Virus record (IMG/VR): IMGVR_UViG_3300027976_000006 | Coordinates: 92,976-156,975 of that record | Strand: one strand, 5' to 3' | From: a virus | Length of the DNA stretch: 64,000 bases | Shown: in pieces, positions 36,817-47,347 of the stretch | Layout of the letters: the number at the start of each line of letters is the position of its first letter | How positions within the stretch are numbered: position 1 is the first letter of the stretch | The notes under the pieces: model-generated | Told to the model about the DNA's origin: nothing | Database searches by the model: none | What the model saw: the letters and a program-made list of their open reading frames with translations, nothing else | Program-made: the position numbers and the translations under genes

Positions 36817-37278
36817 TTGCATAGCAGTATGTGGTGGACTCGCTGGAAATATTTGATTCATGCCATGGAAGAGATGGACCGAGAAAAACTTTTGCATTAT
36901 GCTTATGACTTTCAACTAGCATTAGTCTCCAGCTCCAAACTTTCTTCCGAGGATTTTTCTAAGCTACAAAGAGAATGTAAAGTACTTTTTGCGGATTTAG
37001 AAGGAAGTTTGCGTCCTTGGCTTGGCCGTTCTTCGGAAGATCGTCATACTAAGGATGTAACTGACTTTAAAGAACAATGGAAGGCGTTAATCGGTTTCGA
37101 TCTTGACGATACTGAAGCTAAAGCAAAATGGGAAAAGGAGATAACGGAAGTATCTTCAAATGTAGCCCGTAAGGTTAATGAGGCGCAGGCTAAAGAATCG
37201 GCTCAAGAAACTAACTTCTATGCTACATTGGAAAATGTACGGTTAAAACGGATGAGACAGCAAGGACGCATAAAATGA
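36817..37278 (+). CDS. Frameshift extension of the tail chaperone (gpT-like); the frame is open from about 36736
   Basis: -1 frame relative to the upstream gene; weak TTG start with no Shine-Dalgarno site; overlaps the tape measure start (ATGA). Confidence 0.7.
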   Translation: MHSSMWWTRWKYLIHAMEEMDREKLLHYAYDFQLALVSSSKLSSEDFSKLQRECKVLFADLEGSLRPWLGRSSEDRHTKDVTDFKEQWKALIGFDLDDTEAKAKWEKEITEVSSNVARKVNEAQAKESAQETNFYATLENVRLKRMRQQGRIK

Positions 37279-40200
37279 GCATGGATCCGACACAATTATC
37301 GTGGATGCAGGACGCCGGCATGGGGCTAGGCGCTGGTGGATTTTTTGCTCCCCACCCAGCCGGAGGTGCCGGCTATTTGTCCCAATTAGCACAAGGTTAC
37401 ACTTCTCCCATCCAAGGGCATGCGTTACCGGACACTTCTCCGCTAGCCCAACTTAATTTACAGCAATATGGCCTACCTGGGATGGTGGCGGGTATGGCCG
37501 GTAATGCTTATATGTCAAATAGAATGCAGCAGCAAGGCTTGCTGCCTATGGGTAACGCTGGCTCATATATGCAAGCGCACCGCACACGCGAACATTTAAG
37601 AATGAAAAACGAAGTTAGCTCAGGAGTAGCTAAACAAGACGAGGAGGGCATCTACCAATCGTTCAGAGGGGCTGCCGCCTTAGCCGGAATTCCTTTTAAC
37701 CGAGAACAGCGGGATGCTGCCCGAAGTATGTCCGAGACTGTTGCTTCTTTTGGCCCGGCTTTGGCTATGCTAGCCCCTGATTTGATGGACGCAATGTCGG
37801 GAGAAAAAGGCAGTGTGCAGGCGATGGCTGGGCAGATGATGGACGCAAATCGTTACCGGGCTGACCCTATCACAGGAAAAATGGGATACAGCACAGAATC
37901 CAATAAAAACCTAGTAAACAATGTTTTTGACAACTTATTCTCTAAAGATAACATGGCACAGATGAATGGTATGCGCGCAGGAGATATGGGGCAAGCGTAC
38001 CGGCAGCTATCTGCGGAAGGCTTGGTTGGCCCGACTGGAAGTTTACGTGATCGCACCATTCAGTCTCTTCAGCAAGCTCGGGAAGGGGGGATGGATCTAA
38101 GTAAAATAGATGGGGATATTAAAGAAAATACTAATCTTGCCACCTTGCCTAATGATGTACTAGCTAAACTTCGAAAAGATCCCGGCGTAGCCGCTAAGAT
38201 GAGCAAGGACGATGCTAGTCAAATATCAGATCAGCTTCAAAGTTATGTTGGATCTCTCTCTGCAATTCGTGAAGTATTTGGCGAAAACGGTGATGCTAAT
38301 GCACCTATGCCAAAATTAATAAATGCACTTAAAGCAATGACTTCAGGGCAGATGCAGAAATTTGATCCAGGCCAGCTTAAAGCTATGGTACGCGACATGC
38401 AGTCTATGTCGCAGCTTTCTGGTAAAAGCATAGATCAGTTAGTCGCAATGAACCAGTACGCTAACACGCAAAACTCACAGGTTATGGGTAATTATGGTGT
38501 TCATTTTAACCCTGCTTCAACCAAAGTGGGAGTGACCACAGGTATGGCATTTGCGGAGCACGGCGGGACTACGGGATTCGGAGCACTAAACCGAGAGCAG
38601 GCAGAGCAAGCGTCCATGGGTATGTTTTCTCGTGGGATGGGTTCTCAGATGTCTAATGCTTTAGGTGCCTTGACTCGAATTGAAGAAGCTGGCGGGTTTG
38701 CTCAAAACGGAGCCGGTAATGAAATGCGTGCAGCATTAGCCGCTGCCGATTCCGGGGCACACACCTACACATTTGTGGACGATAAGGGTGCTTCACAAAC
38801 GAGAAACACTCCGACTAAAGAAAGCCAATTTAGAACAATGGTTGGGCAGGGTGCTGTAACTGGCATGGGAGCCTCTGACTTTAATATGATGCTGGGAGAT
38901 CGAACTTCTAATCTGCGTGCCCTGTCCACCAACGAAGATAGACAGCAGGCTGCAATGCGGCAGCAGCCCGCAGAGATGGCTAGATTAATTTCTAGAAACA
39001 CGGGTAATCGTTTAGCTTCTAGCGAAGTATTAAAACAAATTGCTGACCCCAAGCAACGTGCATTAGTGGCTGCAGAGTTAGGCAAGGCGGCTACAGCGGC
39101 TACAGATGATCTAACTATGGAGCAGTTACAAGACCCGGCACAAAGAAATCAAGCAATTGCCGAAAGAATACAACTAGAAGGAAGGAATCATGGTTTAGAC
39201 ATAAAAGACGAGCAAGCTAAGCTTATGGCAGTCACTTCCTTCGGACAAAGGGAGTCTACGCTTCAGTCTAGGATAGGAATGGACGCAACCTCTTATGCAC
39301 AAGTACACGGCAAAGCAGTACGTGCAAGTCGAGACGACAAGCAGTCAGAAGTAAAGGCTCGCTCTGGCTTGAATGAAGCAATGTCGGGGTTAGGGCCAAA
39401 AGGTAGTCTCTTACAGCGGTTTTCTACCTCGGTACAGAAGCAAGGTGATAAAGGGGAGGATGCTAACTTAGACACACTAATGGGAGATATGTTTGCTGGT
39501 GATATAGATGAAGCCAAAGATAGGTTAAACAAACCATTGGAAGCTGTTCGAGATAGCAAAGAAAAAATTGACAATTTGATGAGCCGGCTGGAAGGAGCAA
39601 CTCCAGAAGGCAAAAAAAATATTAATATAGATATAGCAGCAGAAACAGTACTATTAAAGAAGCACGTTACGGCAGCAAGGGAAGCCTCAGATATGCTCGG
39701 GATGACCGATAAAGAAGGAGTGTTTAATCAAGCAGATGTTAAGAGGGGTAGAGAAGCGGGACGAGAACTAGACCATTTTAACCGTATGGACCAAGTGAGG
39801 ATAAGCGGAAGTACCGCCAATGTAACGGCCGCAGACAGAGCCGAGGCTAAGACTACTAAACTTACGGATGACGATTTATACGTAATGGCAGAAAAGGATC
39901 GAAGTAAAAAACTAGAAGAGGCAGATAAGCAATCGGAGCAGTACTGGTTGCCAGCAGGAGCCAAGGAAGTTTATAACAAAGCAATAGCTAACGGGGCTAC
40001 CGCAGAAGTGGCTAAAAAAGCGGCAAAAGATCATTTACGCAGTAATGTAATTTCGGTCGAAGACAGAGCTAGAGAGTTAAGAACTACGCTGGGGGCAGAT
40101 GCAACAGTTAACTCAATACAAGATAAAAACACACAAGATGCTATTATTCAAGGGCGGCGGGGTTCGGAGGACACACGACCTACAGTTAAAGCAGTAGATA

Positions 40201-42467
40201 CTCGTACAGAAGAAATGAGAAAAGCAGAAGGAGGGCAGGAGAAAAAAACCAAAGATGAGGTGGATAAGCTTACTACCGAAGATCGTAAAACTTACAACAC
40301 TAAGGAGAGGCAGTTAAAACAAAAAGCGGAAGATCAGCTGATTGCCGAAAATCAGTTACGCAGTCTTGGCATACTTAAGGCAGACGAAAGTTTAAATGCC
40401 AAAGGTAAAGATATTGCAAACTATACAGGTTTGAGCGGGGACAAGACAAGTCTACGCAAAGAATTGGTTGCGGCTAAAGCAGAAGACAGAGCTGCAATCG
40501 TTAACAAATATTTGGATAGCCAGCAAGTTCAACAGTTCTACGGTACCGCCGCCGAAGTTGCAAAGAAAAGAGATGCAGCAAATGCTTATGCCGCTTCCGA
40601 CGCAGGAAAACAGGCGGCTAAGAAGACTGAATCCAGCCTAGACAGTCTCTCTGAGGTGCGCCGAGAATTCTTATCTGACTCTAAAGCCGTTAGCCGTGGC
40701 GGGGCTAGGGGTGTGATTGCGGCCAAGCAAAGTCAGGAGGCGGAAGAAGAACTGCAGACTCTGGCTAATAAGTATCATGGCGGTGATGTAGGCAAGATGG
40801 TGAGCAGCGGTGGCACTGCCTTAGATAAAAAAGGTGAGGCTGAACTTAAAAAGGATTTTGGCAAATTATCCGCCGAAGAAAAAACCAAAATAACTGAGCG
40901 TTTGGCTGCGTCCGGTAATGCCCTAGGTTCCTATTTCGCTGGGTTTGGTACTGCAAATCTTACCGAACAAAATTATGCTGCTTATGTTTCTCTTCAAGCC
41001 AAAGACGCAGTTGCAAAGATGAAGGAGTCAGTAGATGGGATGTCAGGCGGTGCCAGCCAGACTTATGCAGATTTGCTCAAGCCGACATCTGCAACCAAAG
41101 CAGCGGCAAAAGAGATGTTTGGAGGTAAAGCAAATGAAGGTCAAGAAAAAGGGCTGCAGGCTTTAAGTTCTGCCGCAGCTTTAAAAAATACAGATTTGAA
41201 AAAACTTTTCAGCACGCCAGCGGATCAAGCGCAACTAAAGGAGATTACTAAGCAAATTGCGCTAGGAGAAAAAGGTAACGTGAATACCTCTAACTTGACA
41301 AAAGATCAAGAAGCAGTAGTCAAGGCAGCCCAGGATATGGGCAGTTTAACAGGCTTAAACAAGGATCAGATTAAATCGTTAGATGTATTGGCTAAGTCAA
41401 ATGCAAAAGACGACAGCAAGGAAGCCGCCGCACTAGGTATGACGCAAGAAGAGTACAAAGCAGCTGTTCAAGGAGAAGCTATCGACCCAAAACTTAAACT
41501 GTTTAAGGATGACTCGTCAAAAGGTACAGCTAAAGAACAGTTACAAAAAGCCCGACAAGATGAATCAGCCTTGGCAACCAACAAGACGAAGTTAGCGTCG
41601 GCACAGGCGGTGTTGGCTAGAAATAAAAGCTCAGAAGGGGCACAGAGAGATGTAGCTAGGTTAGAAGAACTTGTTGCGAAACAAACTGGTTCAAAAGATG
41701 AGCGGATAAAGGCAGCCGGATTAGATCCAACTAAAAAAGAAGATGTTCAAAAATACGAGAAACTTTTAGTGAATCAAGGAGGAGTAGCACAGCTTGAAAA
41801 GCGCAAAGCTGAGTATACGGCGGAAAGAAAAAAGCTTGCGGATGCAGGTATGTCCGAAGCGGATATTAATAAAAAACTGGGTACTATGACAGATTTAGAA
41901 AAAGACAGTCAAAAAATCGCTAAAGATTTAAAAGATAAAGACTTAGGCAGCGATGCGATGAATACTTTAGCGGACTCGTTTGGTAAAACAAGCGTAGACG
42001 AGCGTAAAAAATTCAAAGACGACATGGGTAAAGGTGGCGGTGCTACAGATAAAAACCGCCAAATGGTTGCCAATGTTTTAAAGGATGTAGGCAAACTAAA
42101 GGGTATTACCGGAGCTGCCGACGGCGACTCAGCCATTAAGAAACTAGATATGCTTACAGATGAATACGAAGCGGCTAAAACGCCAGAAGCTAAGAAGAAA
42201 CTTGCCGAAAAATACAAAATGAAGGGAGAAGAATTGGACAGCATAATGAACAAGACCGAATTTTTAAAGATGAAAGACAATAAGAAGGACTATACAGAGA
42301 AAAACATGCACGACGCCATGAGCAAAGTTGGTGGAAAAGATATTGCGGCTGAAGTTAAAAAAGAAGCAGAGCGCACTATGAAACTAACTGGTACGCTATT
42401 ACTTAAAGGAGCGGTTAACGGTGAAGGTAATTTGCACAATGGTACAGCCGTAGGTGGTTCATCCTAA
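37275..42467 (+). CDS. Tape measure protein
   Basis: 1730 aa, Ala/Lys/Gln-rich and helical; follows the chaperone pair. Confidence 0.75.
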   Translation: MSMDPTQLSWMQDAGMGLGAGGFFAPHPAGGAGYLSQLAQGYTSPIQGHALPDTSPLAQLNLQQYGLPGMVAGMAGNAYMSNRMQQQGLLPMGNAGSYMQAHRTREHLRMKNEVSSGVAKQDEEGIYQSFRGAAALAGIPFNREQRDAARSMSETVASFGPALAMLAPDLMDAMSGEKGSVQAMAGQMMDANRYRADPITGKMGYSTESNKNLVNNVFDNLFSKDNMAQMNGMRAGDMGQAYRQLSAEGLVGPTGSLRDRTIQSLQQAREGGMDLSKIDGDIKENTNLATLPNDVLAKLRKDPGVAAKMSKDDASQISDQLQSYVGSLSAIREVFGENGDANAPMPKLINALKAMTSGQMQKFDPGQLKAMVRDMQSMSQLSGKSIDQLVAMNQYANTQNSQVMGNYGVHFNPASTKVGVTTGMAFAEHGGTTGFGALNREQAEQASMGMFSRGMGSQMSNALGALTRIEEAGGFAQNGAGNEMRAALAAADSGAHTYTFVDDKGASQTRNTPTKESQFRTMVGQGAVTGMGASDFNMMLGDRTSNLRALSTNEDRQQAAMRQQPAEMARLISRNTGNRLASSEVLKQIADPKQRALVAAELGKAATAATDDLTMEQLQDPAQRNQAIAERIQLEGRNHGLDIKDEQAKLMAVTSFGQRESTLQSRIGMDATSYAQVHGKAVRASRDDKQSEVKARSGLNEAMSGLGPKGSLLQRFSTSVQKQGDKGEDANLDTLMGDMFAGDIDEAKDRLNKPLEAVRDSKEKIDNLMSRLEGATPEGKKNINIDIAAETVLLKKHVTAAREASDMLGMTDKEGVFNQADVKRGREAGRELDHFNRMDQVRISGSTANVTAADRAEAKTTKLTDDDLYVMAEKDRSKKLEEADKQSEQYWLPAGAKEVYNKAIANGATAEVAKKAAKDHLRSNVISVEDRARELRTTLGADATVNSIQDKNTQDAIIQGRRGSEDTRPTVKAVDTRTEEMRKAEGGQEKKTKDEVDKLTTEDRKTYNTKERQLKQKAEDQLIAENQLRSLGILKADESLNAKGKDIANYTGLSGDKTSLRKELVAAKAEDRAAIVNKYLDSQQVQQFYGTAAEVAKKRDAANAYAASDAGKQAAKKTESSLDSLSEVRREFLSDSKAVSRGGARGVIAAKQSQEAEEELQTLANKYHGGDVGKMVSSGGTALDKKGEAELKKDFGKLSAEEKTKITERLAASGNALGSYFAGFGTANLTEQNYAAYVSLQAKDAVAKMKESVDGMSGGASQTYADLLKPTSATKAAAKEMFGGKANEGQEKGLQALSSAAALKNTDLKKLFSTPADQAQLKEITKQIALGEKGNVNTSNLTKDQEAVVKAAQDMGSLTGLNKDQIKSLDVLAKSNAKDDSKEAAALGMTQEEYKAAVQGEAIDPKLKLFKDDSSKGTAKEQLQKARQDESALATNKTKLASAQAVLARNKSSEGAQRDVARLEELVAKQTGSKDERIKAAGLDPTKKEDVQKYEKLLVNQGGVAQLEKRKAEYTAERKKLADAGMSEADINKKLGTMTDLEKDSQKIAKDLKDKDLGSDAMNTLADSFGKTSVDERKKFKDDMGKGGGATDKNRQMVANVLKDVGKLKGITGAADGDSAIKKLDMLTDEYEAAKTPEAKKKLAEKYKMKGEELDSIMNKTEFLKMKDNKKDYTEKNMHDAMSKVGGKDIAAEVKKEAERTMKLTGTLLLKGAVNGEGNLHNGTAVGGSS

Positions 42468-42478
42468 AGGAGTAAGCT

Positions 42479-42970
42479 ATGCCGGTCGTTTTCTCAAAAA
42501 ATACTGGTCGAGTATTTATGCTCAGCGATGCAGTCGCCGAAGGTGCAATATCCATGGGAGGGGTAGTTGGCACCGCGCCCATCACTTATACGCAACACAC
42601 GACTATCATCACACGCATTGGCGTTGCCGCTTCAGCAAATTTTCAATTTTTACACACAATTGGTAATGATGTTTATATCTATGTTTTTGGGGATAGAATG
42701 GGGCAGGTAGACCTGCATGGTATAAGCTTTGCGCAGCCGTGCGCCCAAGTTGGCCGCTTTGATAACACAGAAGAACACGGGTTTGAAAAAATGTTTAAAT
42801 GGTACGAGGCTAACCGAATTTCGGCACGTCGTGAGCCTGTAACTGTAACTATCGGGGTTAAAAAATCTTTTCAAGGTTTTGTTACTTCGTTAACTGGAGA
42901 CGCGCAAGACGCACAATACCGGACTATTAATTTTCAATTAACTATTTCTTTATTGCCCCCAACACCATAA
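42479..42970 (+). CDS. Putative tube-like baseplate/tail initiator protein
   Basis: AAGGAG upstream; follows the tape measure gene; YIYVFGDRMGQVDLHGI pattern. Confidence 0.5.
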   Translation: MPVVFSKNTGRVFMLSDAVAEGAISMGGVVGTAPITYTQHTTIITRIGVAASANFQFLHTIGNDVYIYVFGDRMGQVDLHGISFAQPCAQVGRFDNTEEHGFEKMFKWYEANRISARREPVTVTIGVKKSFQGFVTSLTGDAQDAQYRTINFQLTISLLPPTP

Positions 42971-42978
42971 GGTTAGCC

Positions 42979-43794
42979 ATGTTTAATCACGCACGAACTC
43001 TGCTTTTAAACCTAGACGGTGATCAAGGGTATTTCCCTAATTGCCCGGGGGAAGAATTGATCCCTCAAAATTATAAAAAGTTAGAATTTCCTACTTATCT
43101 GGATGTGTTTCGTTCCCGTTTCTTTGGTGCTGACCCTGACAGAGCTATGCTGAATTACCGTGCGTGGCAGCTACTCCAGTTGCTTGAATCGACGGAACTG
43201 CAGGCACATATTCTAACGCTAGATCCGCGGATTACATACGATCTAAAAAGCAATAAACTTAGTTTGCACGATACATTTTTGCCCAAGATTACACAGCAAG
43301 GTGGCACTTCGGCACAGAGGCTTACTGTCATAGGTTCCCCGATTAACCCAGCTGCCACGGGAAGAACTACTTTTGATTACCGCATTAGTATAATCGGACC
43401 AAATATTCAGATAATTAGGCTTAGCCCTCCCTTAATGGAGGTACAACATCTACTAACTTTGACGGCAGGACTTAGCGAATATTTTTCACTTCCTCTGTCG
43501 GGATATAGATTCTGCGTGAATACGACAGATCCAGAAGTATCTTGGCAAGTGCAGGGATACCTTAGACCGCAAACAAGCTTGTCCGAAATTGAGCAAGGTT
43601 TACACAGTATAGGCGAGCCTTACTTAATTCAGCTATTTGGGACAGCTGCCGATGAGCCTTACACTACGTTTAGAAATTGCTGGAAAAAGCATCCTGAATT
43701 TGCTTATAGGCTGGGCAGTGCAACAGCGGCAATGGTCTACCGCATGGAAGAAGAACGCAGTAAAGTAAGAACGAGCATTAACTCTAATACTTAA
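42979..43794 (+). CDS. Hypothetical tail/baseplate protein
   Basis: 271-aa ORF within the tail module. Confidence 0.65.
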   Translation: MFNHARTLLLNLDGDQGYFPNCPGEELIPQNYKKLEFPTYLDVFRSRFFGADPDRAMLNYRAWQLLQLLESTELQAHILTLDPRITYDLKSNKLSLHDTFLPKITQQGGTSAQRLTVIGSPINPAATGRTTFDYRISIIGPNIQIIRLSPPLMEVQHLLTLTAGLSEYFSLPLSGYRFCVNTTDPEVSWQVQGYLRPQTSLSEIEQGLHSIGEPYLIQLFGTAADEPYTTFRNCWKKHPEFAYRLGSATAAMVYRMEEERSKVRTSINSNT

Positions 43795-43803
43795 AGAGGA
43801 GCC

Positions 43804-45831
43804 ATGGCGGATAAATCAAATAATTGGGCAATGGTGGATTTGTCTGCACAACCAGGCGGGGCACAGTTAGTGCTACGCGTGTCAGGTGCCGATATTCCCG
43901 TAGCCCAATTTAGCATGAGTTACGGCTTAAACGACATTCCAAAGGCTACAGCATTAATTGCACTTGGGCGCGACGCAAGGACGGGCGAGCCATCCGCTAT
44001 TTACGCCCAGATAAAGACGATTAAACAAATGGCCAGAGCTCGTGTATTTATCGTAGGTAATCTGGGCGACTGGTCTCCCCGTGGTGCAAACGGGGTTAAA
44101 GAATATTTTCCAACGAGTACCAACACATCTATATTTATTGGTTATGTGGCAGGAACAAGCTACCGCAGGTCATCAGGGCAAATCAGCTTAGTGTTAAATT
44201 TAGTAAGTAAATTAGTGGATTTAGCCCTGTCTTCTGGCGGCAGCAAAGATGTAGTACCTGGCTCGCCTAACGATTTGATGTTGCCAACATTAACTGAGGG
44301 TTCAGGTGTCAGCGGAGAAGCATCAAATAAATTTACAGACCAGTTAGAGCAAGATTTAATTATTGATTTTAGTGAGGCAATTTTAAAAGTACTAATGAAG
44401 GTGTCTGAAGAAAGTCAAATTCAAACACACGAGGCGGATTTTTGGTGTGGTGGCTTAGCACCCGCAGGTTCCCCGATTTCGGATAGGGCAGGTAACGGAA
44501 GGGCGGCAGCTGTAATTAAACCGGGCGCCGGGGATAGATGGCAAGGTATTAGTAATCTTGCCACAGGTACAGATGTGGACAAGTTTCTTACAAAGTATCC
44601 GCTTAAGGTGGGCTCAGCTTGTATACCAAAAGCGTGCTCTTTTATCGGAGGTCAAGTTTCGGCTTCACTTGCTAGCACCAGTATGTGGGGGATGCTGATT
44701 GGTTCAATTTTGCCTAACTTTGGCTGCGGTATTATCCCGTGGGCATCTGGAGCAATTATAGCTCCTATTCTTGACATGGCACGGGATGCTCAAATAACAA
44801 TTAAAGCAGATGAATATGCAGATTTTGATTTAACCACTCAGTCCCAGCGCCCATTGTACGGAGTTGGGGTGATGGGTAACTTCGAGATGGGTACTCTTCC
44901 TCAATCTGAGGAGCCAAAGCTCTGTACTGGAGCTGTCTTTGTCGCTAAAAACGAGGATGGTAGTGATTTAAATGACGGTATGTGGTTATTTGTAAACACC
45001 CCGGGGTGGACTGATAATTGGACTAATAGCGAGCCGGGAACAGCAGATGGAGAGAGTAATCCAGATATTGTTAAAACACTAACTGAACCAAGTCACGATG
45101 CTGCTGGGATTGCAGTTGTAGCCATAGACCGCAAGCCAGAGGAGCAGCTGATACCAGTTAATGACGCAATGCAACAATATGCTAAAATGATGTATGCTAG
45201 TAACGCCTTACGCGGGCGAGAGGGTTCTATCGTGGGTAAGCTTCGGTTTGACGTCGCACCAGGTACTACTATATTAGTGCAAGCTAGAGGGGATAATTAC
45301 TTGTCTGCAGGTGTGGATACCTTGGCCACGGATATGTATGCATTTGTGGCTAAAGTTCACATATCCATTAACGCGGAGAACGCCTCTGCTACTACATCTT
45401 TTGAAGTAACTAATTTACGCACTGCAGCTGAGAATAACTCCGGTTCAGAAAGATTCTCGATGCTTGAGCACCCATTCTTTGCAGAAAACTATTTTAAATA
45501 TGTTCCTTTGGTTCCTATGCTTTCTGTTCCCAGTAAAGGCTACTGGGACCCGCCTAGTAATCCACCGCTTACGGCGGTGGCAGGGGAGGTCGACCAAACG
45601 CTTACGGCGGTGGCAGGGGAGGTCGACCAACCGCTTACGGCGGTAATAACTACCGCGTTGCCTCCAGCTATCTCGGGTAATGCTGATTTAACTCCTACGG
45701 CTGAAACGTCAGGGGCGACCAATTTTCTGCCCCCGATAGACGCACCTATTCGAAGTAATCCTGTCGTACTAACGGCCCGCCTGAGCTCCGTTAGTGATTC
45801 TGGAGAAGCAGGGCAAACAACAGCACAATAA
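43804..45831 (+). CDS. Putative baseplate hub protein
   Basis: GAGGAG upstream; FSMSYGLNDIPKA, IFIGYV, GKLRFDVAPGTTI and VAKVHISI patterns resemble gp27/gpD-like hubs. Confidence 0.5.
   Translation: MADKSNNWAMVDLSAQPGGAQLVLRVSGADIPVAQFSMSYGLNDIPKATALIALGRDARTGEPSAIYAQIKTIKQMARARVFIVGNLGDWSPRGANGVKEYFPTSTNTSIFIGYVAGTSYRRSSGQISLVLNLVSKLVDLALSSGGSKDVVPGSPNDLMLPTLTEGSGVSGEASNKFTDQLEQDLIIDFSEAILKVLMKVSEESQIQTHEADFWCGGLAPAGSPISDRAGNGRAAAVIKPGAGDRWQGISNLATGTDVDKFLTKYPLKVGSACIPKACSFIGGQVSASLASTSMWGMLIGSILPNFGCGIIPWASGAIIAPILDMARDAQITIKADEYADFDLTTQSQRPLYGVGVMGNFEMGTLPQSEEPKLCTGAVFVAKNEDGSDLNDGMWLFVNTPGWTDNWTNSEPGTADGESNPDIVKTLTEPSHDAAGIAVVAIDRKPEEQLIPVNDAMQQYAKMMYASNALRGREGSIVGKLRFDVAPGTTILVQARGDNYLSAGVDTLATDMYAFVAKVHISINAENASATTSFEVTNLRTAAENNSGSERFSMLEHPFFAENYFKYVPLVPMLSVPSKGYWDPPSNPPLTAVAGEVDQTLTAVAGEVDQPLTAVITTALPPAISGNADLTPTAETSGATNFLPPIDAPIRSNPVVLTARLSSVSDSGEAGQTTAQ
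45565..45644 (+). repeat. 33-nt coding tandem repeat, about 2.4 copies
   Basis: (C/A)CGCTTACGGCGGTGGCAGGGGAGGTCGACCAA, encoding (P/T)LTAVAGEVDQ. Confidence 0.9.
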
Positions 45832-45853
45832 GTTTAACAAGGAGTACTTAGTT

Positions 45854-46594
45854 ATGATGGACGATTACTTAGAAGACGAATACAAACCAGCATTTCAAAG
45901 TTGGCAGCAAAATCAATCACCGGAAGGCAATGCTGCCTTACTTAAAGCCCTTGACCCTGTAGTGCAAAAGGGAATCAAAATGTACGGGTCTGACAGCCCG
46001 TTAACCACAAGTAGAGCTAAGCTGTTAACATTAGATGCAGTGCGAAAGTATGATCCTAAAAGGGCACGACTTCAGTCTCATGTGTTAAACCAGATGCAAG
46101 GACTTCGCCGAATCAACCAACAACAACAACAAGTTATCAGCGTTCCAGAGCGCGTGTTGTTAGAAAACCAACGGCTACATGGTTACACACAAGAACTATC
46201 AGACGAGCTAGGGAGAGACCCAACAGACGCAGAATTGTCGGATAAACTGGGCGTGTCTATGTCACGGTTTAAAAAAATTAGAAGTTATCAGCCAGGCGTT
46301 AATACGGGAAGACTAGATGCGGTTAACCCATTAACGGGGGGTACCGCTAGTTCAATCCCTAACCAACAACAGGACAGCTCCGATCTTTGGAGCGAGGTCG
46401 TATACCAAGGGCTTGGTCCTTTAGACCAGCGAGTTATGGAATTAACTTTAGGAATGCGAGGGCATAAAAAATTGTCGAATCAAGAAATTGCTAGTAAGCT
46501 TAGTCGCAGCCCCGGGGCAATTACTCAGCGTAAGACTAAAATACAGCAACTGTTAGACCGAGAACAAGCTTTGTCTCCTTTTATTGCGAGGTAG
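45854..46594 (+). CDS. Sigma70-family RNA polymerase sigma factor (group 3-like: regions 2, 3 and 4)
   Basis: Region 2 LDAVRKYDPKRARLQSHV; region 3 ELSDELGRDPTDAELSDKLGVS; region 4 LSNQEIASKLSRSPGAITQRK. ATG 45854 follows AAGGAG (track start 45794). Confidence 0.85.
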   Translation: MMDDYLEDEYKPAFQSWQQNQSPEGNAALLKALDPVVQKGIKMYGSDSPLTTSRAKLLTLDAVRKYDPKRARLQSHVLNQMQGLRRINQQQQQVISVPERVLLENQRLHGYTQELSDELGRDPTDAELSDKLGVSMSRFKKIRSYQPGVNTGRLDAVNPLTGGTASSIPNQQQDSSDLWSEVVYQGLGPLDQRVMELTLGMRGHKKLSNQEIASKLSRSPGAITQRKTKIQQLLDREQALSPFIAR

Positions 46595-46597
46595 GCT

Positions 46598-47347
46598 ATG
46601 CCACAAAAAGCTATTATTGATTATAATCTTGAACTCACCTTAAAGAAGTTCGCTAAAGCAAAAGGGGCAGCAGCTTCTAGCCGCGTTGAAAACGAGGCCA
46701 TAGGTTGGTTCCGCCCCGAAGTTGGTAGACTAGTAGAACTTACAACTACTGACAGTACTTCGACTGTAGGTGCGTTCCCTCCTTCGACGACGCTGCAAGT
46801 GTGGGTAACTAATCCCAATGCAAAAGGAAAAGCTTCGGCCACCATTACAACTACTCCTGACGGCAAGATTGGTAAGATAACGATAAACGATGAAGCGCGT
46901 GGATCAGGATTTCTCTTAGATGACACTCTCCATATTAGCCCAGTAGACCCGACAATTGCCCGAGATTATCCCGGCATAAGAGATGTAGGGGCAGTCCCTG
47001 CCAAATTAACATGGGAAGGGTTTTTATTGCAGAAAGAAGATTTAATTCACATTCACAGTGCGTTCGCGACAGACGAAGCAGAAAAAAAGTTGATTGAAGC
47101 TTACACTGTAAACGATGCTGGAAATTCATCTGATGGTATTGTGCTGTCTTTGCAAATCGACTATTTAGCACAGGCAGAAAGAGCATACAGGGCGCGGGCG
47201 ACTCAAAATTTTCCTCGCATGCTTACGCATCTTGCGTCCAGAGAAAAAGGACACGGGCAGCCTACCGGTGTTTTCTTAGGGCAAGCTTTAGACTATTTTA
47301 TACTACTTTTAAAGCAAGGCGCAGATGCCTCCGGAGGATCAGTGTGA
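46598..47347 (+). CDS. Hypothetical protein
   Basis: 249 aa; tightly coupled to its neighbours. Confidence 0.7.
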   Translation: MPQKAIIDYNLELTLKKFAKAKGAAASSRVENEAIGWFRPEVGRLVELTTTDSTSTVGAFPPSTTLQVWVTNPNAKGKASATITTTPDGKIGKITINDEARGSGFLLDDTLHISPVDPTIARDYPGIRDVGAVPAKLTWEGFLLQKEDLIHIHSAFATDEAEKKLIEAYTVNDAGNSSDGIVLSLQIDYLAQAERAYRARATQNFPRMLTHLASREKGHGQPTGVFLGQALDYFILLLKQGADASGGSV

